From Burkholderiales bacterium (GTDB lineage Bacteria; Pseudomonadota; Gammaproteobacteria; Burkholderiales; JAHFRG01), in assembly GCA_036522275.1 (NCBI GenBank), contig DATDGC010000003.1:5214-69213 (forward strand): DNA of 64,000 bases, written 5' to 3'. Numbering within the stretch: position 1 is the stretch's first letter; every line of letters starts with the position of its first letter. Below, piece after piece: positions 20,259 to 30,268 of the stretch. Position numbers and translations under genes: made by a program. Below the pieces are notes generated by a model, which saw only the letters and a list, made by a program, of their open reading frames with translations, had not been told where the DNA came from and did not search any database.

Positions 20259-20636
20259 TTGACTCTGACCCTATTTATGCTGTTTATGCTCTTACGCACA
20301 GAATCTAACCCACAGTCGTATGAAACAAGGCTGCATTGGATAGTCTACGTTTCGCTGAAGGCTCTGCTGACGCTCTTCATAGATCCACTCATTGCCCGCG
20401 CCACCAGCGTGTTCGCCATCACCAACAATCGCATCATCATCAAAGTGGGGCTCATGTACCGGCACACTCTTGAGATGAACCTTTTAAAAGTCGAGTCCGG
20501 TGGATCAAGGCATCTGGGGGCATTTCCTAGGGATGGCTCCATTACAGTCATCGGCACCGGCGGAACGAATGAGCCATTCACCCACATTGCGAATCCGATA
20601 GAGTTCAGGAAGCAATTTCAACAGCTTCAAGCATAG
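20259..20636 (+). CDS. Small bacterial PH-domain (bPH_2/YdbS-like) protein, atypically short
   Basis: RLHWIVY, ITNNRIIIKVGL..R.TLEMNL.KVES and ITVIGTGGTNEPFTHIANPIEFRKQF resemble the YdbS-like PH family. The usual TM hairpin between the two parts is missing. The listed start is TTG; internal ATGs lie at about 20274 and 20283. Confidence 0.5.
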   Translation: MTLTLFMLFMLLRTESNPQSYETRLHWIVYVSLKALLTLFIDPLIARATSVFAITNNRIIIKVGLMYRHTLEMNLLKVESGGSRHLGAFPRDGSITVIGTGGTNEPFTHIANPIEFRKQFQQLQA

Positions 20637-20655
20637 CGGGAGACCGTGTCCGCAC

Positions 20656-20674
20656 GCTGCGCCCGCAGCTTTTT
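20656..20674 (+). terminator. Putative rho-independent terminator after the PH-domain gene
   Basis: GCTGC-GCCC-GCAGC followed by TTTTT, 20 nt after the stop codon. The stem is short (5 bp). Confidence 0.45.
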
Positions 20675-20754
20675 CAGGCAAAAGCAAAACTTGCCAAGTA
20701 TTCCCTTTTATGAGAAAGCCTTTTGCGCGATAATTATGCGTTCAACTTAACCTT

Positions 20755-21939
20755 ATGGTAACCCTGTATATGCGCAAGTTTTGGCTGATTTTTGCCCAGA
20801 CCGCGACCATCTGCCTCGCGGTGGTGTTTGTGGTCACCACTCTGAAACCGGAACTGCTGCCCGCCGGCTGGCGCGGCGGCAACGTCGTTTCTTTCAAGGA
20901 AGCGGCGCAGGACGTTACGCCGAAAAAAATCAATTCCTACAGCGATGCTTCGAAAAAGGCCATGCCTGCGGTGGTCAATGTTTCCACCAGCAAGGAAGTG
21001 CGCGTGCCGCGCCATCCGCTGATGGACGACCCGTTGTTACGGCATTTCTTCGGCGACCGCCTCGATGAAAAGCGCCGCACCAACAGTCTTGGCTCCGGTG
21101 TGATTGTAAGCCCGCAGGGCTACATCCTCACCAACTACCATGTGGTGAAAGCGGCCGACGAAATCGAAGTGTTACTCGCTGACGGGCGCAAGGCTACCCC
21201 GCGCGTCGTCGGCGACGATCCCGATACCGATCTTGCTGTATTGAAAGTGGACATGAAAAACCTGCCAGCCATTACTTTCGGGCATTCCGAAGAAGCGAGC
21301 GTCGGCGACGTGGTGCTGGCCATCGGCAATCCCTTCGGTGTCGGGCAAACCGTGACCATGGGCATCATCAGCGCGCTCGGCCGCAGCCATCTCGGCATCA
21401 ACACCTTTGAAAACTTCATCCAGACCGACGCTGCGATTAATCCCGGGAACTCGGGTGGCGCGCTGGTGGATGTTTCGGGCAATCTGATTGGGATCAATAG
21501 TGTTATTTATTCCAGAACCGGCAGCTCGTCCGGCATCGGTTTCGCGATTCCCACCAGTGTCGCGAAGCAGGTGATGGAACAGATCATCAAGAACGGCAGC
21601 GTCACCCGCGGCTGGATTGGCGTTGAAGCGCAGGACATGTCCAAGGAATTGGCGGAGTCATTCAAGCTCCCCAATTCCAGCGGGGCCTTGATTGCTGGCG
21701 TGCTGAAAAGCAGCCCGGCTGACAAGGCGGGGGTGAAGCCAGGTGACATCCTGCTGGCTGTGGAAGGTAGACCGGTCACCGATTCCTTAAACATGCTCAA
21801 CCTGATTGCCGCACTCCCGCCGGGGAAACCAGTTGCGTTTACCATGATGCGCAACCAGACCGAAGTGCAGCTTAAAATTACCGTTGGCAAAAGACCGAAA
21901 CCAGCGGCCCAGGAGCTGGACGACGAGGATGAGGAATAG
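20755..21939 (+). CDS. Periplasmic serine endoprotease, DegS/AlgW-like (S1C family, single PDZ)
   Basis: 394 aa with an N-terminal TM anchor, catalytic contexts TNYHVV, DTDLAVLK and GNSGGALVD, and one C-terminal PDZ. An alternative start is at 20770. Confidence 0.88.
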   Translation: MVTLYMRKFWLIFAQTATICLAVVFVVTTLKPELLPAGWRGGNVVSFKEAAQDVTPKKINSYSDASKKAMPAVVNVSTSKEVRVPRHPLMDDPLLRHFFGDRLDEKRRTNSLGSGVIVSPQGYILTNYHVVKAADEIEVLLADGRKATPRVVGDDPDTDLAVLKVDMKNLPAITFGHSEEASVGDVVLAIGNPFGVGQTVTMGIISALGRSHLGINTFENFIQTDAAINPGNSGGALVDVSGNLIGINSVIYSRTGSSSGIGFAIPTSVAKQVMEQIIKNGSVTRGWIGVEAQDMSKELAESFKLPNSSGALIAGVLKSSPADKAGVKPGDILLAVEGRPVTDSLNMLNLIAALPPGKPVAFTMMRNQTEVQLKITVGKRPKPAAQELDDEDEE

Positions 21940-21955
21940 CAGAGCCGGCTAACGG

Positions 21956-22750
21956 TTACTCGCTGCGCTTCTTTTGGCTCGCTTCGATATTTTCCGCCTC
22001 CGGCTCGGTGAGCGGCCGATAGTCTTCCACTGCACCGGCCGGTTTGCTGACAAGCCCGGCAACCACAATCCCCAGTTCATACAGCAGCCACAGCGGCACC
22101 GCGAGCATGATTTGGGAAACCACGTCGGGCGGGGTGAATATGGCGCCGATGATAAACGCGCCGACGATGGCATAGGGCCGCACTTGCTTGAGCTGTGCGA
22201 CGCTTACCACGCCTATTTTCACCAGCAGTACCACCGCCACCGGCACTTGGAAAGTAATCCCGAACGCAACAAACATAGTGAGCACGAAATCCATGTACTT
22301 GCCGATATCAGTCATCACCGCCACACCCTGCGGCGCGATGCCGATAATGAAGCTGAACACCACCGGAAATACCAGTAAGTAGGCGAATGCCATGCCGCAC
22401 AGAAACAAAAACGTGCTGGCGATGATCAGCGGGCCAACGAGGCGCTTCTCATTGGCGTACAGCCCCGGCGCGACAAAAGCCCAAAATTGGTATAGAATAA
22501 AAGGAAGCGCGATGACGATTGCGGCCATCATCGTCACCTTCATCGGCACTAAAAACGGCGTGGTCACTTCGGTCGCGATCATCTGCCCGCCCTGGGGCAG
22601 CGCCTTAAGCATCGGCAGCGCGAGCAGCGCATAAATATCACCCGCCCACGGAAACAGACACAGGAATACCACTGCTACCGCAAGAATAGAGCGCAGCAGC
22701 CGGTCGCGCAGCTCGATTAAGTGAGAAATGAATGTATCCGGGGTGGCCAT
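21956..22750 (-). CDS. tatC: Twin-arginine translocase subunit TatC
   Basis: 264 aa, 6 TM, with an HLIELRDRLL N-terminus. Lies downstream of tatB. Confidence 0.95.
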   Translation of the reverse strand: MATPDTFISHLIELRDRLLRSILAVAVVFLCLFPWAGDIYALLALPMLKALPQGGQMIATEVTTPFLVPMKVTMMAAIVIALPFILYQFWAFVAPGLYANEKRLVGPLIIASTFLFLCGMAFAYLLVFPVVFSFIIGIAPQGVAVMTDIGKYMDFVLTMFVAFGITFQVPVAVVLLVKIGVVSVAQLKQVRPYAIVGAFIIGAIFTPPDVVSQIMLAVPLWLLYELGIVVAGLVSKPAGAVEDYRPLTEPEAENIEASQKKRSE

Positions 22751-22784
22751 TAGTCAGCGCAATGCGTCGAGGCCGGCGGTGGGT

Positions 22785-23153
22785 TTAAGCTTGTTTGTGC
22801 GGGTTGATGGATGGCGTCTCCAGATTGGAGACCGAGGATGATGGCACTGCGTTCTCGACTGTCTTTTCCACATCATCGGCGACTGTCTTGATCTGTGTTT
22901 CAGTATCACGCGCGCTTTCGCTCACCGTTTTTTCAACGGAGCGCGCCGCTTCCTGCATGCTGGACTGGAGCTTCTTCAGTTCCTCCATCTGCATCTCGCG
23001 GTCAATATCAGCCTTCACCTCGGCAACGTATCGCTGCAGCCGCCCGAACAAATATCCCAAGGTACGCGCCACCTTCGGCAACCGCTCCGGGCCGATCACG
23101 ATGAGCGCCACCACGGCGATCACCAGTATTTCAGAAAAGCCAACGTCAAACAT
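22785..23153 (-). CDS. tatB: Twin-arginine translocase subunit TatB
   Basis: 122 aa beginning MFDVGFSEILVIAVVALIVIGPERLPKVAR. Confidence 0.9.
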   Translation of the reverse strand: MFDVGFSEILVIAVVALIVIGPERLPKVARTLGYLFGRLQRYVAEVKADIDREMQMEELKKLQSSMQEAARSVEKTVSESARDTETQIKTVADDVEKTVENAVPSSSVSNLETPSINPHKQA

Positions 23154-23221
23154 GGCAAGTGAGGGGTGAGGCGTTAGTAGTGAAAGGGGTTCAGAACGGC
23201 CTACTCCTCACTCTTTACACC

Positions 23222-23455
23222 TCACGCCTTAGTTTGGGTTTTGTCCTTTACTTCGCCTTCTATGGTCTTGCCAGTCGCCGGGGGCTGGATCTGCTGCTCG
23301 GTCTTATCCTCTTCCGCGTTGCCGCGCATGCCGTCCTTGAATCCCTTCACCGCGTTGCCGAGATCGGTGCCTATGTTGCGCAGCTTCTTGGTGCCGAAAA
23401 TCAAGAGCACGATAAGCAGAACAACCAACCAATGCCAAATGCTAAGAGAACCCAT
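23222..23455 (-). CDS. tatA: Twin-arginine translocase subunit TatA
   Basis: [27 protein letters not shown]. The ORF track starts at a TTG at 23461. The ATG at 23455 has AGGAG 8 nt upstream and matches usual TatA N-termini. Confidence 0.9.
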   Translation of the reverse strand: MGSLSIWHWLVVLLIVLLIFGTKKLRNIGTDLGNAVKGFKDGMRGNAEEDKTEQQIQPPATGKTIEGEVKDKTQTKA

Positions 23456-23465
23456 GTTCAACTCC

Positions 23466-23746
23466 TAAGGAACCTCTGATTAAGTCCTCCGCGAATTGCG
23501 TTGCCGGCAAAATGCGGAGGGATGCGAGGCGCGCGACGAAGGTCGTAGTTAAGCCTACGAAGCCGAGGAGCGCAACGACGCAGATAACGTATTTTACCGC
23601 AACCCGGAGGGACGGGGGCTTTCCGGGCGGTCTGCATTGTCGCTCAGCTTGCCAAGGGGTCTGGCCATTGGCTGCGCCTCGCTTCGCGCATCCCATCCCG
23701 GAAAGCCTCCGTCGCAACCACGTGGGACTTAACCAGAGGTTCCCTA
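23466..23746. repeat. Composite MITE-like element: two structured units of about 140 bp, head to head, with 22-bp terminal inverted repeats
   Basis: The left end is TAAGGAACCTCTGATTAAGTCC. The reverse complement of the right end is TAGGGAACCTCTGGTTAAGTCC. Each half has a long helix: 23498-23517 pairs with 23587-23603, and 23611-23627 pairs with 23697-23713. The same 5' module recurs at 38098 and 63854. Confidence 0.85.
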
Positions 23747-23750
23747 GTGT

Positions 23751-24110
23751 TTACGCCGTCTTGGAGCGGTACAGCATGGGCGGCAGCACCTCAGGTCCGC
23801 CGATGATGTGAATGTGCAAATGAAACACATCCTGCCGCGCCACTCTTCCGGTATTGATGATGGTGCGGAAACCATCCTTGCACCCTTGTTCTTTAGCAAT
23901 TTTCGGCGCCAGCACCATGATTTTTCCCAATACATCGTTGTGCGCCCCGCTGACATGCGCAAGCGAATCAACATGCTGCTTCGGTATCACCATGAAGTGC
24001 ACCGGCGCTAGCGGGTTGATATCGTGAAAAGCGAGGACCTCGTCGTCTTCATAGACCTTCTTGCTCGGGATTTCCCCTCTCACGATCTTGCAAAAAATGC
24101 AGTTCTCCAT
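23751..24110 (-). CDS. HIT family (HinT-like) nucleotide hydrolase
   Basis: 119 aa with the histidine triad HLHIHIIGG. Confidence 0.9.
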   Translation of the reverse strand: MENCIFCKIVRGEIPSKKVYEDDEVLAFHDINPLAPVHFMVIPKQHVDSLAHVSGAHNDVLGKIMVLAPKIAKEQGCKDGFRTIINTGRVARQDVFHLHIHIIGGPEVLPPMLYRSKTA

Positions 24111-24131
24111 TTATTCTCCGTCTGCGCATTC

Positions 24132-24464
24132 CTAGGGCTTGCCTTTTTTGCGTGCCGCTTTCTCCGCCAATCCCGAAACACCCTCGCGCCGCTGCAATTC
24201 CTGAAGCACGTCATCCGGCGTCAACCCGTAATATGAAAGCATGACCAGGCAGTGAAACCATAGGTCGGCGGTTTCCTTCACAATCTGTAGTTTATCACCC
24301 TCTTTCGCCGCGAGCAGGGTCTCCGAAGCTTCTTCACCGACCTTTTTCAGTATCGCCTCCGGCCCGCCCGCGTAAAGCCTGGCAACATAAGAATCTTCCG
24401 GACTCGCGCCTTTGCGGCTCTCCAGGGTCTTGGCGAGGCGTTGCAATATATTGGCGTCACTCAT
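24132..24464 (-). CDS. hisE: Phosphoribosyl-ATP pyrophosphatase
   Basis: 110 aa with a MazG-like HisE pattern ([14 protein letters not shown]...[13 protein letters not shown]). Overlaps the hisI stop. Confidence 0.92.
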   Translation of the reverse strand: MSDANILQRLAKTLESRKGASPEDSYVARLYAGGPEAILKKVGEEASETLLAAKEGDKLQIVKETADLWFHCLVMLSYYGLTPDDVLQELQRREGVSGLAEKAARKKGKP

Positions 24465-24850
24465 TTCTGGTAAATCTCTTTAGATTCCTTGATGACTGGA
24501 TTAGTGATCACCCATTTTCCGCTCTGCAATTTCTGAAAGAAACAACTATGCCTTCCGGTATGGCAGGCTATCCCCCCGATTTGTTCCACCGTAAGCAGCA
24601 GTACGTCCTGATCGCAATCGAGGCGGATTTCCTTTACTTTTTGCACATGCCCGGATTCTTCGCCCTTGCGCCATAATTTTTTGCGCGAGCGCGACCAGTA
24701 CACCGCCTCGCCGCTGCTCACGGTGCTCTTCAGCGCCTCGCGGTTCATCCAGGCGAACATCAGCACCTTGCCGCCGCCCGCCTCCTGAACCACCACCGGC
24801 ACCAAGCCGTCATGCGTCCAGTTTACTTTGTTTAACCAACTATCAGCCAT
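24461..24850 (-). CDS. hisI: Phosphoribosyl-AMP cyclohydrolase
   Basis: 129 aa with [18 protein letters not shown] and DCDQD..L..V...G.ACHTG. Confidence 0.92.
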   Translation of the reverse strand: MADSWLNKVNWTHDGLVPVVVQEAGGGKVLMFAWMNREALKSTVSSGEAVYWSRSRKKLWRKGEESGHVQKVKEIRLDCDQDVLLLTVEQIGGIACHTGRHSCFFQKLQSGKWVITNPVIKESKEIYQK

Positions 24851-24862
24851 GAACCTATCTCA

Positions 24863-25633
24863 TCACAACCTGACTTCGATATCGTGCTGCGCCATGTATT
24901 GCTTGGCCTCCAGCACGGTGTATTCGCCATAGTGGAAAATGCTCGCTGCCAGCACCGCGTCTGCCCTGCCCTGCAGCACTGCTTCCACCAAATGCTGCAA
25001 ATTACCCGCGCCGCCGCTGGCTATCACCGGGATGTCCACTGCGTCGCAAATCGCCCGGGTGAGCGCCAGATCAAAACCGTTCTTCGTGCCATCGCGGTCC
25101 ATGCTGGTAAGCAGGATTTCACCGGCGCCCAGCGCCTGCATCTGCTTCGCCCATTCTACCGCATCACGGCCGCTGGCTTTGCGCCCGCCGTGAGTAAACA
25201 CCTCCCAACGCGGCTCTGCGCCATCGCCCGCTTGTTTCGCGTCTATCGCCACCACAATGCATTGCGCGCCGAAGCGGCTGCTCGCGTCCGCCACCAGTTG
25301 CGGGTTTTGTACCGCGGAAGTGTTGATGCTGACCTTGTCGGCCCCGGCATTAAGGAGACTGCGCACGTCCGCCACCGAGCGCACGCCGCCGCCCACTGTC
25401 AGGGGGATAAACACCTGCGCCGCCACCTCTTCGATGGCGGAGAGAATCAGGCCGCGCGAATCGGAGCTGGCGGTAATATCGAGAAAAGCGAGTTCATCCG
25501 CGCCCTGCTGGTCGTAGCGGTGGGCGATTTCCACCGGATCCCCGGCATCGCGTAAGCCCACGAAATTAACGCCTTTGACCACGCGCCCGCCGGTGACATC
25601 CAGGCAGGGGATGATGCGTTTGGCTAGGCCCAT
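24863..25633 (-). CDS. hisF: Imidazole glycerol phosphate synthase cyclase subunit
   Basis: 256 aa beginning [19 protein letters not shown], a TIM-barrel HisF. Confidence 0.95.
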   Translation of the reverse strand: MGLAKRIIPCLDVTGGRVVKGVNFVGLRDAGDPVEIAHRYDQQGADELAFLDITASSDSRGLILSAIEEVAAQVFIPLTVGGGVRSVADVRSLLNAGADKVSINTSAVQNPQLVADASSRFGAQCIVVAIDAKQAGDGAEPRWEVFTHGGRKASGRDAVEWAKQMQALGAGEILLTSMDRDGTKNGFDLALTRAICDAVDIPVIASGGAGNLQHLVEAVLQGRADAVLAASIFHYGEYTVLEAKQYMAQHDIEVRL

Positions 25634-25725
25634 AAATCAGTTTTCCAACGCGGAGGCGCAGGGACGCAAATAAATCAGGACAAATCTTTTGTTTAAAATT
25701 CTCAGCGCCTCTGCATCCCTGCGGT

Positions 25726-26478
25726 TCAAGACTTGGCTTTCGAGCCAAGTTTATCTGCAAGCGCCTGGGCGGCTTTGAAATTCAGAGTGCCTTGGTAGAT
25801 TGCGCGGCCAGTGATGGCGCCCATGATGCCTTCAGACTCCACTTTGCACAGTGCCTTCACATCGTCCAGACTGGCGAGGCCGCCGCTTGCGATAACCGGG
25901 ACGGTGAGCGCACGCGAGAGTTCCACCGTGGCTTCAATGTTGACACCGTTCAACATGCCATCCCTGCTGATATCGGTATAAATCACCGCCTCCACGCCGT
26001 AATCCTCGAATTTCTTGGCAAGATCCACCACGTCGTGGCCGGTGATTTTAGACCAGCCGTCCACCGCTACTTTGCCGCCCCTGGCATCGAGCCCGACCAC
26101 GATATGGCCGGGGAAAGCGTAGCACGCCTCGCGCAGGAAGCCCGGCGTCTTCACTGCGGCGCTGCCGATGATGACGTAAGCGATACCGTCGTCCAGATAG
26201 TGCTCGATGGTTTCCAGGTCGCGAATGCCCCCGCCCAGCTGCATAGGGATTTCATTGTTCACGGCAGCGACGATTTCCTTGATCGCCGCTTCGTTCCTGG
26301 GCTTGCCGGCAAAAGCCCCGTTCAAGTCCACCAAATGCAGACGTCGCGCGCCCTGCTCCAGCCATTTTCTCGCCTGCTTTCCGGGAACGTCGGAAAATAC
26401 CGTGACGTCTTTCATCGAGCCTTGCTTCAAACGCACGCACTGCCCGTCTTTCAAATCAATCGCAGGAATGATTAACAT
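25726..26478 (-). CDS. hisA: ProFAR isomerase
   Basis: 250 aa with [17 protein letters not shown] and LHLVDLNGA. Confidence 0.95.
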   Translation of the reverse strand: MLIIPAIDLKDGQCVRLKQGSMKDVTVFSDVPGKQARKWLEQGARRLHLVDLNGAFAGKPRNEAAIKEIVAAVNNEIPMQLGGGIRDLETIEHYLDDGIAYVIIGSAAVKTPGFLREACYAFPGHIVVGLDARGGKVAVDGWSKITGHDVVDLAKKFEDYGVEAVIYTDISRDGMLNGVNIEATVELSRALTVPVIASGGLASLDDVKALCKVESEGIMGAITGRAIYQGTLNFKAAQALADKLGSKAKS

Positions 26479-26587
26479 CGCTTCGAATTCGGGAGTAAAG
26501 CAATCAGATGCGGTTTGCCCGCCTAGCGGATTTTGAATTCACGATTAAATAATACAACATAAACCGGCACTTTGTGGAAGACACGCA

Positions 26588-27244
26588 TCAAGCCCCCGCG
26601 TGAGCCGTCCCGTTCCAGTTTACAAAGTTGGCAAGCAAACGCAAGCCGTCAGACTGGCTTTTCTCCGGGTGGAATTGCACCGCGAAAATATTATCGCACG
26701 CCACCGCGCAGGTAAAGGCAAAAGGATAACGGCTCACAGCGGCCACCTGTTGCGCGTCGCCGGCTTCGATGAAATAACTGTGGACAAAATAAAAACGGCT
26801 GCCCGGTGAAATTCCCGCCCACAGCGCATGTGTCCCTTGAGGCTCAACCCGGTTCCACCCCATGTGCGGCACCTTCAGCTTCACGCCATTACCATCCACC
26901 ATCGCATCCTTTGGAAAGCGCCGCACTTTGCCGGGGAGCACACCCAGGCCTTCGACGCCGCCCTCGTCGCTCCACTCGAAGAGCATCTGCAATCCGATGC
27001 AAATGCCAAGAAACGGCTTAGTCCCGGCAGCTTCGAGCAGCGGCTTGCGCAAGCCGCGCGCATCCATTTCGCGCATGCAATCCGGCATCGCACCCTGACC
27101 AGGGAATACCACACGTTTAGCTTCGCGAATCTGCTGTGCGGAATCAGTAACACTGATTTTTGCATCAGGAGCAACGTGCTCGAGCGCTTTCGCCACCGAG
27201 CGCAGGTTGCCCATGCCGTAATCCACTACTGCGATGTCAATCAT
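26588..27244 (-). CDS. hisH: Imidazole glycerol phosphate synthase glutaminase subunit
   Basis: 218 aa with IAVVDYGMGNLRSV, GICIGLQMLF and VQFHPEKS. Confidence 0.95.
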   Translation of the reverse strand: MIDIAVVDYGMGNLRSVAKALEHVAPDAKISVTDSAQQIREAKRVVFPGQGAMPDCMREMDARGLRKPLLEAAGTKPFLGICIGLQMLFEWSDEGGVEGLGVLPGKVRRFPKDAMVDGNGVKLKVPHMGWNRVEPQGTHALWAGISPGSRFYFVHSYFIEAGDAQQVAAVSRYPFAFTCAVACDNIFAVQFHPEKSQSDGLRLLANFVNWNGTAHAGA

Positions 27245-27259
27245 TGATATTGCGTTAGC

Positions 27260-27847
27260 TTACAAGCTTCCCTTGGTCGAAGGTAGCCTGCCAGAATTGC
27301 GCGGATCGATTTCGGAAGCCATGCGCAACGCGCGCCCAAAAGCTTTGAATACGGTTTCACACTGGTGATGCGCATTCTTGCCACGCAGGTTGTCAATGTG
27401 CAGCGTCACCAGGGCGTGATTGACAAAGCCCTGGAAAAACTCGTGCACCAGGTCCACATCAAACTCGCCGATGCGGGCGCGGGTGAATTTCAGGTTGAAT
27501 TCCAGCTCCGGCCTTCCCGACAAGTCCACCACCACGCGCGACAGGGCCTCATCCAGCGGCACGTAGGCATGGCCAAAACGGCGCACGCCTTTTTTCCCGC
27601 CGAGCGCCTTCAGGAAAGCCTGGCCGAAAGTAATGCCGATGTCTTCCACGGTGTGGTGCGCATCAATATGCAAATCACCCTTCGCGGAAATTTCCAAATC
27701 CATCATGCCGTGCCGCGCTACCTGATCCAGCATATGGTCAAGAAACGTCACACCGGTGGAGAGTTTCGTCTTGCCGCTGCCGTCGAGATTAAGTTTCACG
27801 CCGATTTTTGTTTCCAGTGTATTGCGGGTAACCTGTGCCTTGCGCAT
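27260..27847 (-). CDS. hisB: Imidazoleglycerol-phosphate dehydratase
   Basis: [23 protein letters not shown]..., [12 protein letters not shown]. The ORF-track start at 27937 would overlap hisC by 62 nt with an Arg/Ser-rich extension, so the ATG at 27847 is preferred. Confidence 0.92.
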   Translation of the reverse strand: MRKAQVTRNTLETKIGVKLNLDGSGKTKLSTGVTFLDHMLDQVARHGMMDLEISAKGDLHIDAHHTVEDIGITFGQAFLKALGGKKGVRRFGHAYVPLDEALSRVVVDLSGRPELEFNLKFTRARIGEFDVDLVHEFFQGFVNHALVTLHIDNLRGKNAHHQCETVFKAFGRALRMASEIDPRNSGRLPSTKGSL

Positions 27848-27875
27848 GGGTGATTTATTGAAAAAAGTGGGGGTC

Positions 27876-28967
27876 TTAGGGGATGAGGCTTTGTTTGAGC
27901 GCCTGGATGAATTGCTGGTTTTGTTGTGCCGTGCCAACCGTCACCCGCAAGCAGTCTTCCAGCAGTGCATGGCTGCGATTCAGATTCTTAATAAGGACTC
28001 CGCGTTGAATTAAGCCTTTAAACACCTCGTCTGCCCGGGATACCCGGAACAGAATGAAATTCGCATCGCTCCGATACGCCAGCACCCCAGGAAGCTCCGA
28101 CAATTCCGCATACAATTCTGCGCGCTGCGATTTGATTTCCCGCGCCTGCTCAAGCAACACATCCATGCGCTGCAAAAGCATCTCGGCAACGGTTTGTGTC
28201 AGCACATTCACATTATACGGCAAACGCAGCTTTTCCAGTTGCGTGAGCCACTCTCTGCGCCCTGCCAGAAAACCCAGCCGCAGTCCCGCCATCCCCAGTT
28301 TGGAAAGCGTGCGCATAACCAGCAGATTAGGGTGGTCGGTGATGCGCGGCATGAAACTTTCTTCAGCAAACACATGATACGCTTCATCCACCACCACCAG
28401 GCACGGCGCCGCCTTAATAATACGCAACAGCCCTTCACGGTCAAACAGATTACCTGTCGGGTTATTGGGATAGGCAATAAAAATCACTGCTGGCTGGTGC
28501 TGATTGATCGCCGTGATGACCGCTTCGACATCGAGTGTGAAGTCGGGATTGAGCTGCACGCCTGCGTAACGCAGCCCGGCGCAGATTGCGATCATGCGGA
28601 ACAGCACGAAGGCGGGTTCCACGCTCAACAAGCTCGCGCCCGGCTTGGCGACCGCCGAAGCGATTATTTGAATCAGCTCGTCGGAACCGTTGCCGAGCAT
28701 GATTTCCATGCTCGAAGGAATTTCCATTGCTTCGCGCAGCCGCGCTTTCAGCCGGCTTGCCTGCGGATCGGGATAGCGGTTGATGGCAACGCGGCTCACC
28801 AATTGCGCAATCTCAGCCTGCAATGGCGCAGGCAAGGCATGCGGGTTCTCCATCGCATCGAGCTTTACCAATCCCGTGCTCTCCGGCACGTGGTAAACGC
28901 TCAACGCATGAATATCATCGCGTATGAGCTGTTCAGGAGATTTGGCCATGATCGAAATTCGCTGCAC
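27876..28967 (-). CDS. hisC: Histidinol-phosphate aminotransferase
   Basis: 363 aa, a class-II aminotransferase ([21 protein letters not shown]). The start is either the GTG at 28967 or the ATG at 28949. Confidence 0.93.
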   Translation of the reverse strand: MQRISIMAKSPEQLIRDDIHALSVYHVPESTGLVKLDAMENPHALPAPLQAEIAQLVSRVAINRYPDPQASRLKARLREAMEIPSSMEIMLGNGSDELIQIIASAVAKPGASLLSVEPAFVLFRMIAICAGLRYAGVQLNPDFTLDVEAVITAINQHQPAVIFIAYPNNPTGNLFDREGLLRIIKAAPCLVVVDEAYHVFAEESFMPRITDHPNLLVMRTLSKLGMAGLRLGFLAGRREWLTQLEKLRLPYNVNVLTQTVAEMLLQRMDVLLEQAREIKSQRAELYAELSELPGVLAYRSDANFILFRVSRADEVFKGLIQRGVLIKNLNRSHALLEDCLRVTVGTAQQNQQFIQALKQSLIP

Positions 28968-28969
28968 CG

Positions 28970-30268
28970 CTATTTCATGCGGTATTGGGCGGACCTGGCG
29001 TGTGCCTGCAAACCCTCTCCCATGGCGAGTTCCACCGCCACTTTGCCGAGTTTTACCGCGCCTTCCTTGGATACGCTAATCACGCTGGAGCGTTTCTGGA
29101 AATCGTACACGCCCAACGGCGAGGAAAAGCGCGCGCTGCGCGAAGTCGGCAGCACGTGATTCGGCCCGGCGCAGTAATCACCCAAAGCCTGCGAGCTGTA
29201 ACGGCCGATGAAAATCGCACCGGCGTTCTTGATTTTGGCCGCCCAGCTTTCTGCGTTTTCCACAGAGAGCTCGACATGCTCAGGCGCGATGCGGTTGGCA
29301 ATAGCGCATGCTTCATCGAGGTCTTTCACCTTAATCAGCGCGCCGCGTTTTTCGAGGGAAGCACGGATAACTTCCCGGCGCGGCAGCGAGGGCAGCAGGC
29401 GTTTGATGCTCGCTGCAACCGCGTCTATGAAGTTTGCGTCAGGAGAAAGCAAGATGGCCTGCGCCATTTCGTCGTGCTCGGATTGAGAGAATAAATCCAT
29501 CGCCACCCAGTCGGGATTAGTCTGCCCGTCGCAAATCACCAGAATCTCAGAAGGCCCGGCCACCATGTCCAGGCCCACCACGCCGAACACGCGCCGCTTA
29601 GCCGCGGCGACATAAGCGTTGCCCGGGCCGACGATTTTGTCTACCTGCGGGATGGTCTTAGTGCCATAAGCCAGCGCACCTATAGCCTGCGCGCCGCCAA
29701 TGGTAAACACACGATCCACTCCGGTGATTGCGGCGGCAGCAAGCACCAAATCGTTCTGCTCGCCGTTGGGCGTGGGAACTGTCATGATGAGCTCGCGCAC
29801 TCCCCCTAATTTGGCGGGAATCGCATTCATCAGCACGGTGGAAGGATAAGCCGCTTTGCCGCCGGGAACATACATGCCCACGCGCTCGAGAGGCGTCACT
29901 TGCTGGCCAAGCAATGTGCCTTCAGTATCACGATAGCTCCAGGATTGGACAAGCTGCTTTTCGTGATAGGCGCGAATGCGCGCCGCCGCGGCTTCCAGAG
30001 CATCCCGCTGCGGTGTGGGCAGCATAAGCAAAGCGGCGGCGAGGCTCGCCTGCGGAAGTTCCAACTCGCGCACCGTTTTCGCTTTGAGCCGATCAAAACG
30101 CCAGGTGTATTCAAGAAGCGCTGCATCGCCGCGCTTTTTTACCTCCGCGAGAATTTTGGCCACGGCAGTATCCACCTTGGTATTGAGTGCCGCTTCAAAG
30201 GTAAGCAGCGCCTTAAGCCTGCGTTCGAAATCGCGCTGGGTGGTCGAAAGACGCCTGAGCTTAGCCAT
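28970..30268 (-). CDS. hisD: Histidinol dehydrogenase
   Basis: 432 aa with [14 protein letters not shown] and SQSEHDE. Confidence 0.95.
   Translation of the reverse strand: MAKLRRLSTTQRDFERRLKALLTFEAALNTKVDTAVAKILAEVKKRGDAALLEYTWRFDRLKAKTVRELELPQASLAAALLMLPTPQRDALEAAAARIRAYHEKQLVQSWSYRDTEGTLLGQQVTPLERVGMYVPGGKAAYPSTVLMNAIPAKLGGVRELIMTVPTPNGEQNDLVLAAAAITGVDRVFTIGGAQAIGALAYGTKTIPQVDKIVGPGNAYVAAAKRRVFGVVGLDMVAGPSEILVICDGQTNPDWVAMDLFSQSEHDEMAQAILLSPDANFIDAVAASIKRLLPSLPRREVIRASLEKRGALIKVKDLDEACAIANRIAPEHVELSVENAESWAAKIKNAGAIFIGRYSSQALGDYCAGPNHVLPTSRSARFSSPLGVYDFQKRSSVISVSKEGAVKLGKVAVELAMGEGLQAHARSAQYRMK

Noticed and set aside
23442-23717. Three track ORFs share the peptide AEDLIRGSL (23442..23717 -, 37630..38142 -, 63488..63952 -). 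This could be mistaken for a small conserved protein family.
   Set aside because: The shared peptide is simply the translation of the conserved 22-bp repeat terminus. The remaining parts of the ORFs are unrelated or overlap real genes.
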